This document shows, piece by piece, positions 33,303-42,060 of a DNA stretch of 64,000 nucleotides; positions within the stretch are counted from its first letter, which is position 1; every line of letters begins with the position of its first letter. The stretch covers positions 77,107 through 141,106 of the forward strand of contig BOKZ01000001.1 in NCBI GenBank assembly GCA_016861245.1, written 5' to 3'. Both the position numbers and the translations under genes were made by a program. This DNA comes from Patescibacteria group bacterium (GTDB lineage Bacteria; Patescibacteriota; UBA1384; 2-12-FULL-50-11). A model generated the notes under the pieces. That model did not search any database and was not told where the DNA came from. It saw only the letters and a program-made list of their open reading frames with translations.

Positions 33303-34400
33303 TTAGAAACTCGCAAGTAGCTCAGTAATTGTGGCGACGTCTTTAATTACTCCGCCCCCGAGTAATACGCCGTGTTCGTCGTAAAATACAGCTGATTGTC
33401 CGGGCGTAATCGCTCGAGCCTTCTCAAGTAGCTCCACCTGAAAATCTTGATCGCTCCGGTGAACAGTTGCGGCGATATCTTCTGATCGATATCTAATCTT
33501 AACCAGGGCACGAGCTGGCAGCTGATTCTCATCGACTAACCAGTTACAGCGGCCGATCGTAAACGTCGTACTAAATAGCTGCTCATCGCTACCGACGATT
33601 AACCGATTGTTCTTTTGATCCTTAGCTAGTACGAACAGCGGCGGTACATCTCCTGTCCAACTAACCGAACCTGCGCCCAAACGCTGACCGATTGTGTACA
33701 GCGGCGTGCCCTCGTGGCGAGCAACTACACGGCCGTCGGTCAGCACTACTTCGCCAGGTTTAACTTGGAGACGAGACTCGAGAAAAGCTCGGACTTTAAG
33801 TGGGCCGATGAAACAAACCCCTTGGCTATCTTTTTTAAGCGCCGTCGGTAAGCCAAACTTCTTAGCTAGTTCTCGTACTTTTGGCTTCTCTAAATCACCG
33901 AGCGGAAACAGAATTTTTGGCAGCATTTTTTTATCGATTCGCCATAAGAAGTAGCTCTGATCTTTGTTACTATCGCTACCTTTCAGAATTTCGTAGTTGC
34001 CGTTACGCTTTTCAATTTTGGCGTAATGACCAGTTGCAAAATAATCTGGTTCGAACTGTCGCAACGCCTCCCAGAGCGCTTTAAACTTTATCTCGCTATT
34101 ACATAATACGTCCGGATTGGGGGTCTCGTTGTGCTGATAGGCTGCGAGGAACTCATCGATCACAAGTTTCTCGTATTCCTCAGAGAGATTAATCGTATGG
34201 AAAGGGATGCCGAGCGTATCGGCTGCCGCTCTAGCGTCGCGCTCTTCAGACTGCCAGTTGCACGGAAATTCTCTCGTTCCCGTCCAGCCTAAAGCAAAAA
34301 CTCCGACAACGTCGTACCCTTGTTCTAATAAAAGAGCCGCCGCAACTGAGGAGTCAACGCCGCCGCTTAGCCCAACTACAACACGTTTCTTATTTTGCAT
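33303..34400 (-). CDS. mnmA: tRNA 2-thiouridylase
   Basis: SGGVDS, TPNPDVLCN, ATGHYA, KDQSYFL, DSQGVCF, TPGQ. Confidence 0.97.
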   Translation of the reverse strand: MQNKKRVVVGLSGGVDSSVAAALLLEQGYDVVGVFALGWTGTREFPCNWQSEERDARAAADTLGIPFHTINLSEEYEKLVIDEFLAAYQHNETPNPDVLCNSEIKFKALWEALRQFEPDYFATGHYAKIEKRNGNYEILKGSDSNKDQSYFLWRIDKKMLPKILFPLGDLEKPKVRELAKKFGLPTALKKDSQGVCFIGPLKVRAFLESRLQVKPGEVVLTDGRVVARHEGTPLYTIGQRLGAGSVSWTGDVPPLFVLAKDQKNNRLIVGSDEQLFSTTFTIGRCNWLVDENQLPARALVKIRYRSEDIAATVHRSDQDFQVELLEKARAITPGQSAVFYDEHGVLLGGGVIKDVATITELLASF

Positions 34401-34449
34401 TATCTACTCCGTTTGAGTTCGATAATTTTAGCAAATTTCCAGAGAAAAA

Positions 34450-35424
34450 TCAGTCTCGGAAGTTCTGAGTAAACATTTTGCCGTAGATTCCGCCGTCGAT
34501 CACGCCGATTCCTACTCGACCGAAGTCTTTCTCGAGAATATTTGCTCGGTGCCCGGGCGAGCGCATCAGCCCGGCGTGAGCGAGCTCGACAGTGGCAGCG
34601 TAGGCCAGATTTTCCCCAGCGGCGCTGTAGGTTATACCGGCTTTCTCCATCCGGTCAAATGGCGATAAGCCATCGGGATTTTCGTGAGAGAAGTAACCGC
34701 GCTTAAACATATCAACCGAATGCGCCCGAGCAACTTTAGCCGCTGCCTCGTCCCACACAAGCGCTGGCAACCCTTCCTTAAGTCGCTCTTGATTGATTAA
34801 CCGTAACATCGTTTGCTCAGAAGTCGTATCGATCTTAACGTCATCGGTAGTAAATTTTAGATCGACTCGTTCATCAGGAGCGATGATCTCTTCATTTTGT
34901 GCCGGCACTGTAAGAAAAGTTAGGCTTTGCTTAATATCACGACCAAATACTCGGTTGAGAAGCGACTCAACCTCGCCGCTTCGAGCAACAAAACCGCTCC
35001 CCAGCGTCGAGTTATTAACCGAGTTCTTTAGCCGCTCTGGTACCGGTAAGATCGCGATGACTGTTAACAGCACCGCAACGATAATCGTCGCCTTTAACAG
35101 CGCTGGAACAGCTCCGGCGACGCGATTCGTCACTGCCGTTCGGATCTTCTCTGGCACTAGTGGGTAAGCGTAACGCAGCGCGATCGAATAGAGCACTTGT
35201 AAGAATACCCAGTCTAACAAAAAGGCTAACGGCTCCGCTGCTGTTTGTTGCACACCAACGTTATCGACCAGCCAAACACCTAACGGCTGATACGTCCACA
35301 GTGCAACAAAGATGGTAATAAAGAATCCGATCAGTTCCAGGAGCTGTTCGATAAAGCCGCGACGTAGCCCTTCGGCCAGGTAAATAAGAAAAGTCACAAT
35401 TATGACGCCGTCTACCCAGTTCAT
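34450..35424 (-). CDS. CvpA-family membrane domain fused to a CAP/SCP domain
   Basis: MNWVD..RRGF; INQER, HSVDM..YFSH, GENLA, SPGHRANIL. Confidence 0.88.
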   Translation of the reverse strand: MNWVDGVIIVTFLIYLAEGLRRGFIEQLLELIGFFITIFVALWTYQPLGVWLVDNVGVQQTAAEPLAFLLDWVFLQVLYSIALRYAYPLVPEKIRTAVTNRVAGAVPALLKATIIVAVLLTVIAILPVPERLKNSVNNSTLGSGFVARSGEVESLLNRVFGRDIKQSLTFLTVPAQNEEIIAPDERVDLKFTTDDVKIDTTSEQTMLRLINQERLKEGLPALVWDEAAAKVARAHSVDMFKRGYFSHENPDGLSPFDRMEKAGITYSAAGENLAYAATVELAHAGLMRSPGHRANILEKDFGRVGIGVIDGGIYGKMFTQNFRD

Positions 35425-35436
35425 ATCTCTACACTA

Positions 35437-36225
35437 TCAGCGCTCCTCTAAGGTGAATAGTCGAACTGCATTCTCGGTTGTTTTTGTTAAAATCTCATCA
35501 GAGGAGATATCTCGTAATTTAGCGTGAGCGGCAGCGATATCTTCGATCGAGCGCGGATCGTTACGTTCGCCGCGTTTCGCTTGAGGCGAAAGAAACGGCG
35601 CATCGGTTTCTAGTAGTAGTTTATCCATTGGGACTAAAAGACTATCAGCGCGCAGCTGTTCGTTAGCAGGATACGTCAACATCCCGGTGTATGAGATGTA
35701 ATAGCCAAGCGCTAAAAATTTCTGAAGCTGTTCGCGATTGCCGTTAAAACAGTGGATAACGCCTCTCACTTTCGGGTAATCAGACAGGATCGTTAAAATA
35801 TCGCCGTACGCTTCGCGACAGTGGACGATAATTGGTAGATTCTTCTCTTGCGCAAATTGCAGCAGCGCCCTTAAAACTGCTTTCTGTTCTTGAATGTTTG
35901 CTGCGTCTTTTTCACGGAAATAGTCGAGACCGATCTCCCCGATCGCCACTAATTTAGTGTTGGCCGAAAGTTGCTCAGAGAAACGGTCTAATAGCTTTGG
36001 TAAATCTGTAACTAATTTCGAATTGATATCGGTTGGGTGTATCCCGAGCGTCCCCCACACCAGCGGGTGACGTTTTGTTAGTCTGTCAGTCTCGTTATTC
36101 GATTCCTTCGACGTAGCTATAGTAATGACGCCGATCTCTTGCTTAGACAACTCAGCGATCAATTGTTCACGGTCGTGATCAAACTGCGGGAATTCGAGGT
36201 GTGCGTGTGTATCGATAGCGCGCAT
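35437..36225 (-). CDS. tatD: TatD-family nuclease
   Basis: DTHAH, GIHP, GEIGLDY, HCR, HCF, LETDAP. Start at MRAID. Confidence 0.93.
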   Translation of the reverse strand: MRAIDTHAHLEFPQFDHDREQLIAELSKQEIGVITIATSKESNNETDRLTKRHPLVWGTLGIHPTDINSKLVTDLPKLLDRFSEQLSANTKLVAIGEIGLDYFREKDAANIQEQKAVLRALLQFAQEKNLPIIVHCREAYGDILTILSDYPKVRGVIHCFNGNREQLQKFLALGYYISYTGMLTYPANEQLRADSLLVPMDKLLLETDAPFLSPQAKRGERNDPRSIEDIAAAHAKLRDISSDEILTKTTENAVRLFTLEER

Positions 36226-37076
36226 TAGCGGAACGTCAGCACCGTCGCCCAGGTGACACAGGCTAGAATCACCACCGAAGCGACAACCATCCGCGGACGA
36301 ATCTTCTCGTGAAGAATTTCCCAAGAAGCAAAGAAAACGATGACTGGCGCCAAAATCGAGACCAGCGTCGTAAAGACGATACCGAGATCAGCATAAGCGT
36401 AGAAACGAGCGATCATCAAACCAAGTCCGAGTAGAGCGCTCGCAGCGATTAACCACCAGTGTCGGACGCTCACCCGACCGTATCTTGGCCGGTAATAAGC
36501 GAAGAAAAACAATGCGATAACAAACGTTCGGATTCCGTATAGCGCAACCGGCGTCATCGAATAGAGCAGATCCCGGATAATAATACTCTCCGTCGACATT
36601 AGCACTACTCCAAGAAGCGCGTTATACGACGTCGCGTCTTTGAGAAAATGTTCTTTACTTCCTTTCGACCAAATAAGCGCGACGCTAGCAACCAACGACA
36701 GTAAAAGAATTATCCCCTTCCCTTGAAGCTCCTCTGGGAAGAATGCTGCACCGAGAATAATTGTAATAAACGGACCCATCATCATTACCAGCTCGTGCTG
36801 GTACACCTTCTCGCGCTGGATACTCTGGTAGAACAAGACGTTATGCGCAACCGCAATTACGACCATCAAGAAGACCAAAAATAGCGTGTTTGGCAGCAGG
36901 ACGATCTGCCACTCAATCTTGCCTAAAAACGGTACAAGAATTAGGTTGAAACCAAACAATAGTAGAAATAAGAGCGGCAAAAAGACGTTGAGCTTTACTC
37001 GCTCACGCGACAAGATAACCTTATCAAGAATAGTACCGCTAGCGCCGGATAGCGCTGAAATTAACGCCGCCCACAT
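36225..37076 (-). CDS. EamA/DMT-family transporter
   Basis: About 10 TMs in two repeats; FFPEEL and ILHEKI repeat ends. Confidence 0.8.
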   Translation of the reverse strand: MWAALISALSGASGTILDKVILSRERVKLNVFLPLLFLLLFGFNLILVPFLGKIEWQIVLLPNTLFLVFLMVVIAVAHNVLFYQSIQREKVYQHELVMMMGPFITIILGAAFFPEELQGKGIILLLSLVASVALIWSKGSKEHFLKDATSYNALLGVVLMSTESIIIRDLLYSMTPVALYGIRTFVIALFFFAYYRPRYGRVSVRHWWLIAASALLGLGLMIARFYAYADLGIVFTTLVSILAPVIVFFASWEILHEKIRPRMVVASVVILACVTWATVLTFR

Positions 37077-37112
37077 ATATTCATGTTGGACAATTTTAGG
37101 TGTCTTGGCAAG

Positions 37113-38507
37113 CTATGTCGACAAACGCGGAAAGAGCGGTTGCGGTTTAAGAGATTTCAGTTGCGCTCGAATGTTCTTTGCCGTCTCGGGCATAAACGGC
37201 TCGAGTCGTGACGCGATCTCAATAATCGAAGACTGTTGCAGTAAATTCTCCGCTTGATCGGCGCTAACTTTACCGGACTTTAGCCACTCCCATGGCTTCA
37301 CTTCGCTAATCCACTGATCGGCGGCGCTGATTAGTTCGTTAACTTGCTGCAACTCACCAGAGAAATCTGCCGAAATTAGCGCCGAATCGATTTTCGGTTC
37401 GTATGGTGTGACGCTAACGCCTTTTTCTCGACACTTTGCCAACAGGTTAATCGTTCGGTTCACAAGGTTACCTAAGCCGTTGGCTAGCTCGCCCTCGTAT
37501 AACGCGTCGAACTCTTTCCAGACGAAGTTTGAGTCGCTGTAAAAGTTGAGTTGCCGAAGTAGTAGATATCTAGTTGCTTCAACGCCGTACCGGGCTTCAA
37601 GCTCGCTTGGCGAGATGACGTTCCCGAGCGACTTCGACATCTTCTTGCCGTCTACTGTTATAAACCCATGTACCAGTAGCTTCTTCGGTAACGGTAACTC
37701 GAGCGCAAGAAGGATCGTTGGCCAAATCACCGCATGGAACTTGACGATGTCTTTACCGATAACTTGGATCGCGGGCCAGTACTCCGCGACAGATTTGTCA
37801 GCGGCGACCAAAGCAGACAGATAGTTTAACAACGCATCGACCCAAACATACATCACCTGATCTGGGTCGCCTGGAACTGGAATACCCCAGGACAGCTTGT
37901 CTTTTGGCCTAGAAACGCTAACGCCCTCAAAATCTTCGAGAATATTTAGTACTTCTGCCCTTTTCGTCTCGGGCTCGATCGACTCGATCCAGGATCGGAT
38001 CGCGGTTTTGGTTTGATCGCTAAGCTCAAGATAATAGTTCTCTTCCGCCACTTTCTCCAGCTCAACTTCGTGAATAACGCACTTTCCGTTATCGATTTCT
38101 CTTTCGGTTTTAAATGCCTCGCAACCGGCGCAGTATAGCCCCTCATATTTTCTTTTTGAGATTACACCGGCCTCTGTTAATTTTTTCCAAGACTTCTGAA
38201 CAAACTCGGCATGTTTTGCGTCTGTTGTTCGTACGAAGTAATCGTTGCTAATTGAAAAGTCTTTCGTTACCTTCTGGAACTTTGCAGCAACGGCGTCGGC
38301 GTACTGTTGGGGTTTTTGTTTGAGCGCCTCGGCTGCTCGTTGGACTTTTACGCCGTGCTCGTCAGTACCAGTTAAAAAGAAAACGTCGTCGCCCTGAAGT
38401 CGGTAATACCTGGCCAATACGTCAGCCGCAACCAACTCGAGCAAAAAACCGATATGGGGCTCGGCGTTGATATAAGCGATTGATGTGGTGACTGTTGTTT
38501 TTGCCAT
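37113..38507 (-). CDS. metG: Methionine--tRNA ligase (minimal form)
   Basis: YINAEPHIG, GTDEHG, YVWVDAL, GKDI, KMSKS. Confidence 0.96.
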   Translation of the reverse strand: MAKTTVTTSIAYINAEPHIGFLLELVAADVLARYYRLQGDDVFFLTGTDEHGVKVQRAAEALKQKPQQYADAVAAKFQKVTKDFSISNDYFVRTTDAKHAEFVQKSWKKLTEAGVISKRKYEGLYCAGCEAFKTEREIDNGKCVIHEVELEKVAEENYYLELSDQTKTAIRSWIESIEPETKRAEVLNILEDFEGVSVSRPKDKLSWGIPVPGDPDQVMYVWVDALLNYLSALVAADKSVAEYWPAIQVIGKDIVKFHAVIWPTILLALELPLPKKLLVHGFITVDGKKMSKSLGNVISPSELEARYGVEATRYLLLRQLNFYSDSNFVWKEFDALYEGELANGLGNLVNRTINLLAKCREKGVSVTPYEPKIDSALISADFSGELQQVNELISAADQWISEVKPWEWLKSGKVSADQAENLLQQSSIIEIASRLEPFMPETAKNIRAQLKSLKPQPLFPRLST

Positions 38508-38542
38508 CACTGCTATGGTAACGGAAGCGAGTTAACAGGTAA

Positions 38543-38582
38543 AGAAAAAGGAGCAACTAGCTACGCGTACGCTAGCTGCCCC
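38543..38582 (-). terminator. Intrinsic terminator
   Basis: Minus strand GGGGCAGCTAGC...GCTAGTTGCTCC followed by TTTTTCTTT. Confidence 0.7.
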
Positions 38583-38665
38583 TGGAATCGGTATCCGCCA
38601 GTCGTCGTCGTTGACAGCTGTATAGTGCGATTATCTCCGACCTTAAGCGACACTCTAGCAGAATT

Positions 38666-39328
38666 TTAGTTTGCCGGCGCTAGAACAATTACAAGTTCAC
38701 CTTTAACTTGGGTCGGTAATTCGGCAGAAACCTCTCGCGGCGTACCGCTTACGATTTGTTCAAACTGTTTTGTGAGCTCTCGGCCAAGAATGATTTTACG
38801 TTCAGTCGCTCCCAATGTCTCAAGTTCGCTCAGTAGCTTACGAATACGCGGCGCAGTCTCAAATAGTACCACTGGTTCGTCTGTGGCTAGAATTCTTTTT
38901 ATAAATGTTTGCCTGCCCTTCTTTGTAGGGACGTAACCAGCAAATACGTACGAATTTGCTGGTAATCCAGCGACGGATAGTAAGGTCGTAACCGCCGAGG
39001 CGCCTGGAATTGGTACGACAGTGATGCCTTCAATACGACACGCCTCAACCAATTTACCGCCCGGATCGGCGATACCGGGCGTACCGGCGTCGGTGACGTA
39101 CGCCAATTCCGTACCATTTTTGAGCTCACGGAGAATCGTTTCAAGTTTATGTGGCGCAGAATGGTGATAATAGCTGTCGATTGGCTTAGAGATCGAGTAA
39201 GCGCTAAGAAGTTTTCGGGTTTGTCGGGTATCTTCGCAATAAATTTTGTCGACACTTTGAAGCGTCTCGATCGCTCGGAACGTAATGTCTTTTAAGTTAC
39301 CGATCGGGGTCGCAACGATATATAACAT
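38666..39328 (-). CDS. rsmI: 16S rRNA C1402 2'-O-methyltransferase
   Basis: LYIVATPIGNL, EDTR, DAGTPGIADPG, RELTK, KGE. Confidence 0.96.
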   Translation of the reverse strand: MLYIVATPIGNLKDITFRAIETLQSVDKIYCEDTRQTRKLLSAYSISKPIDSYYHHSAPHKLETILRELKNGTELAYVTDAGTPGIADPGGKLVEACRIEGITVVPIPGASAVTTLLSVAGLPANSYVFAGYVPTKKGRQTFIKRILATDEPVVLFETAPRIRKLLSELETLGATERKIILGRELTKQFEQIVSGTPREVSAELPTQVKGELVIVLAPAN

Positions 39329-39344
39329 TTCAGGTTATTCTAAT

Positions 39345-39377
39345 AAAAAATGGCGGCCGGGTACACCCTGGCCGCCA
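39345..39377 (-). terminator. Intrinsic terminator
   Basis: Minus strand TGGCGGCCAGGG-TGTA-CCCGGCCGCCA followed by TTTTTT. Confidence 0.8.
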
Positions 39378-39385
39378 GACCATCA

Positions 39386-39679
39386 TCAGTAAGCCTCCTC
39401 TCGCTCTTCGTCGGTCCCCGCAAGAGCACACGCTAGTATCACCAGCGGAACCATCGCAACGCCCTCAAAGAAATCCGAGCAGCCGACGATAGCAAGAAGG
39501 ACGAAAAGGCTGGTCAAGCTAAGGAACGATTGCCAGAGCAGCGCCAACGACTCCGGTGTGAACCACCCGAACCAGAAGCTAGCGATGAAAGTGATTAGGA
39601 TCGCCATCACCGCACCTGCCGCAACACAGCCGGACAGGATCGTTCCTCGACAGTCTTTATTCCGTTGACTAAAGAGCAT
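39386..39679 (-). CDS. Small hydrophobic membrane protein
   Basis: 97 aa, 2-3 TMs, strong SD GGAGGTGA, own terminator. Confidence 0.7.
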   Translation of the reverse strand: MLFSQRNKDCRGTILSGCVAAGAVMAILITFIASFWFGWFTPESLALLWQSFLSLTSLFVLLAIVGCSDFFEGVAMVPLVILACALAGTDEEREEAY

Positions 39680-39709
39680 ACCTCACCTCCATGGAAAGGT
39701 AGAGAAATT

Positions 39710-40525
39710 TTAGTCCTTTTTTAATTCGTTTTGAATAGATTTAGCGACGTTTTTCCACTGTTCAAGCGTTAGTACCGCTGGTCGAACCAATCGATCAAGA
39801 CCGTGTTCTTCAAATATTCGCTCAACCGTACCCTTAGGTAAATGTAGTGTGTTAGCTATACCGTTAACGGCCGTTTGCCGCGGGTGACGAAACGCCGCTT
39901 CGACCGGAGGCCAAAATAATTCAGCCTCACTAGAATTTTCGTGGGGCGTAACCCGTACTACCGCCGAGTCAACTTTTGGTTGCGGATAAAAGCTTCCAGG
40001 TTTCACCACCCGTACTATCTCAGCTACACCGTTAGTTTCTGTGAGCATCGTCAGATAGCCGCGGTTGCGATCACCTGGTTTGGCTGTAATACGCTCAGCT
40101 ACCTCTTTTTGAATGAGTAAGACAATGCTATTCGGGCGTTTTGGTAAATGAAAAATTTTACGAAGTAGCGGCGAAGTGATTGAGTACGGGATATTAGCGA
40201 CGACTTTATACTCATCTTCGAGTGTAATCGTCCAATCGATATCGAGCGCGTTACCAGTTACGACTGTAGCATTTGGTAACGATAAACTTCGGACGTACTC
40301 GGCTAGGTCTCGATCAAGTTCGATCGCCAGTACGCGACCAGCCCGTTGGCTGAGTTCCCTAGTTAAAACACCAAGTCCAGGACCGATCTCAACAACAGTG
40401 TCGTCTTTAGACAGTGCTGCTGCCTCGCAAATATCGCCAAGTACTCGTTCGTCCTGTAAAAAATTCTGACCTAATTTTTTTTGCGGAAATTTTGCCAATC
40501 CGCGAAGAATTTCGCTCTGTTTCAC
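39710..40525 (-). CDS. rsmA: 16S rRNA dimethyladenosine transferase
   Basis: KKLGQNFL, EIGPGLG, ANIPYSI, QKEVA, F.P.PKVDS. Confidence 0.97.
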   Translation of the reverse strand: MKQSEILRGLAKFPQKKLGQNFLQDERVLGDICEAAALSKDDTVVEIGPGLGVLTRELSQRAGRVLAIELDRDLAEYVRSLSLPNATVVTGNALDIDWTITLEDEYKVVANIPYSITSPLLRKIFHLPKRPNSIVLLIQKEVAERITAKPGDRNRGYLTMLTETNGVAEIVRVVKPGSFYPQPKVDSAVVRVTPHENSSEAELFWPPVEAAFRHPRQTAVNGIANTLHLPKGTVERIFEEHGLDRLVRPAVLTLEQWKNVAKSIQNELKKD

Positions 40526-40546
40526 TGGTTAATTATACCTGAAGCA

Positions 40547-41533
40547 CTACGGATTAGGCCATCGTGAACGGTGCCCGTTCGCCCACGCCCAAGCGGTAGT
40601 GTAAATTTGAGCTTTGGCGTCCCAGACACTGGTGCCGCTAAAACCAGCTTTCGTGCTAAGCGTATTCCAAAGACCGCCTTTTTCGTACTGGAACATACCT
40701 TCGTAAATTTGGCCGGCCGGTCCGTAACCAACAGAGTTAGGGTTACAGCTACTTTCCTTTTGCATTCGATAATAAAGCGCGTTCGGATCGATGCCGTTTT
40801 TCTTACTAGCATCAACGACCCAGTCTTTGTACTGCAAGCAGCGGCTCGATACCGGTTTCAGCGAGCCTTGGCGAACTTTCTTCTTCTGGGCAGCCAGAGT
40901 TACCGTTGTCTGTAGGAGCGTTTTGCTAACCAGCTCTCCGTCTTCTCGGATGAGTAAGTATCTTTTCTCACGCTCACCGTTCTTTCCCTGCTCCAGTACG
41001 ACATCTGTACCAACGAACTGGGTGTAGTCTTTCTCAATAACGGTCTCATACGGAACGATCTCTTTTTCGACTACTTCTGTCCGTGCTACCCGGGTAATTG
41101 TAACTGTCATGTTCGACTGCAGTAGGGTTACCGGAGTTGGTCCGACGCGATCTTCATTACCGAGATCTAGACGTTTCTCAGAGAGTACTTCACCGACTGT
41201 TTTCTTCCATGTCCTTACCTGGATTGTTTTCTTGCCGTCTCGAATCGTAATCGGCGTCGCTCGCTCGACTCGAACTACCGTTCCGAGCCCGAGCGCCGGA
41301 TCAGGGAACGCTTGGACGATATCTTCTGGAAAGTAGGTAACACCGGCTTGCGTAAAAGCCGCAATTAACGATTTGGCGCTCGAATCGGCAGTAAAGACTT
41401 CGACGGGGTGGAGCGGATCGGGCGATCCTTGCGCTTCAACTCTTGTAACTTTTCTAGACGAGAGTACGAGTAAGACAGAGAGTAATAATATTAACCCAAT
41501 TCCTACTACGACGCGTCCGATGGACGGTTTCAT
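40547..41533 (-). CDS. RpfB/YabE-like protein: DUF348 plus G5 plus lysozyme-like transglycosylase domain
   Basis: TVGEVL (DUF348-like), G5 (QGKNGERE), KESS...GMFQY. Confidence 0.8.
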   Translation of the reverse strand: MKPSIGRVVVGIGLILLLSVLLVLSSRKVTRVEAQGSPDPLHPVEVFTADSSAKSLIAAFTQAGVTYFPEDIVQAFPDPALGLGTVVRVERATPITIRDGKKTIQVRTWKKTVGEVLSEKRLDLGNEDRVGPTPVTLLQSNMTVTITRVARTEVVEKEIVPYETVIEKDYTQFVGTDVVLEQGKNGEREKRYLLIREDGELVSKTLLQTTVTLAAQKKKVRQGSLKPVSSRCLQYKDWVVDASKKNGIDPNALYYRMQKESSCNPNSVGYGPAGQIYEGMFQYEKGGLWNTLSTKAGFSGTSVWDAKAQIYTTAWAWANGHRSRWPNP

Positions 41534-41569
41534 GCGGTGTTCTCAACGTAGTTTTTTTGAGCGTTAAAG

Positions 41570-42022
41570 TCAACGACCAAGTAGTTTGTAGCGGAAGTTT
41601 GCTATCGCAAATAACAGAAGGGCGAAGTCAAAGTAACGAAGATACATTTGATAATTGGTAAGCGGCTCTATAAAAAACGGTAGTAGCAGCGGCAATAACA
41701 GCGGCGTAACCTTTAAAAAGCTCGTCAGTTGGACGCCTTGTTTGTGGCTGCCGTAGTGTTTCTCCCAGCCGTCGTCGGCGCTTTTCAGATAACCGGCCAC
41801 CGCCTCCATCGTCATTTGATTTGATTGGTAATTAAATACAAGGCCGGCGATCACCACCGGGATAAGCAAAAGATACCAATTAAACACCTCCTGTGGGACG
41901 TTCATATACAGCCAACTCCCGAAGGCTACGAAGAAAGCTGAGAGTAGAGTTGAGTCATAAATGAGTTGATGTAACAGCTTAACCCGTTCGGTTATTTCTT
42001 GTCGCATACCGGCTTGATCCAT
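41570..42022 (-). CDS. Hypothetical membrane protein
   Basis: About four hydrophobic segments; TGCTACAAT 6 nt upstream. Confidence 0.65.
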   Translation of the reverse strand: MDQAGMRQEITERVKLLHQLIYDSTLLSAFFVAFGSWLYMNVPQEVFNWYLLLIPVVIAGLVFNYQSNQMTMEAVAGYLKSADDGWEKHYGSHKQGVQLTSFLKVTPLLLPLLLPFFIEPLTNYQMYLRYFDFALLLFAIANFRYKLLGR

Positions 42023-42060
42023 AACTAAATTGTAGCACTAACTTGGTGATGTATCGGTAG

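Noticed and set aside
36226-36324. N-terminal extension of tatD
   Set aside because: Lies inside the EamA gene; TatD homology begins at MRAIDTHAH.
38511-38665. T-box or SAM riboswitch upstream of metG
   Set aside because: No T-box GGTGGNACC or recognisable SAM-I core, and too short for a T-box; kept only as an unknown sRNA candidate.
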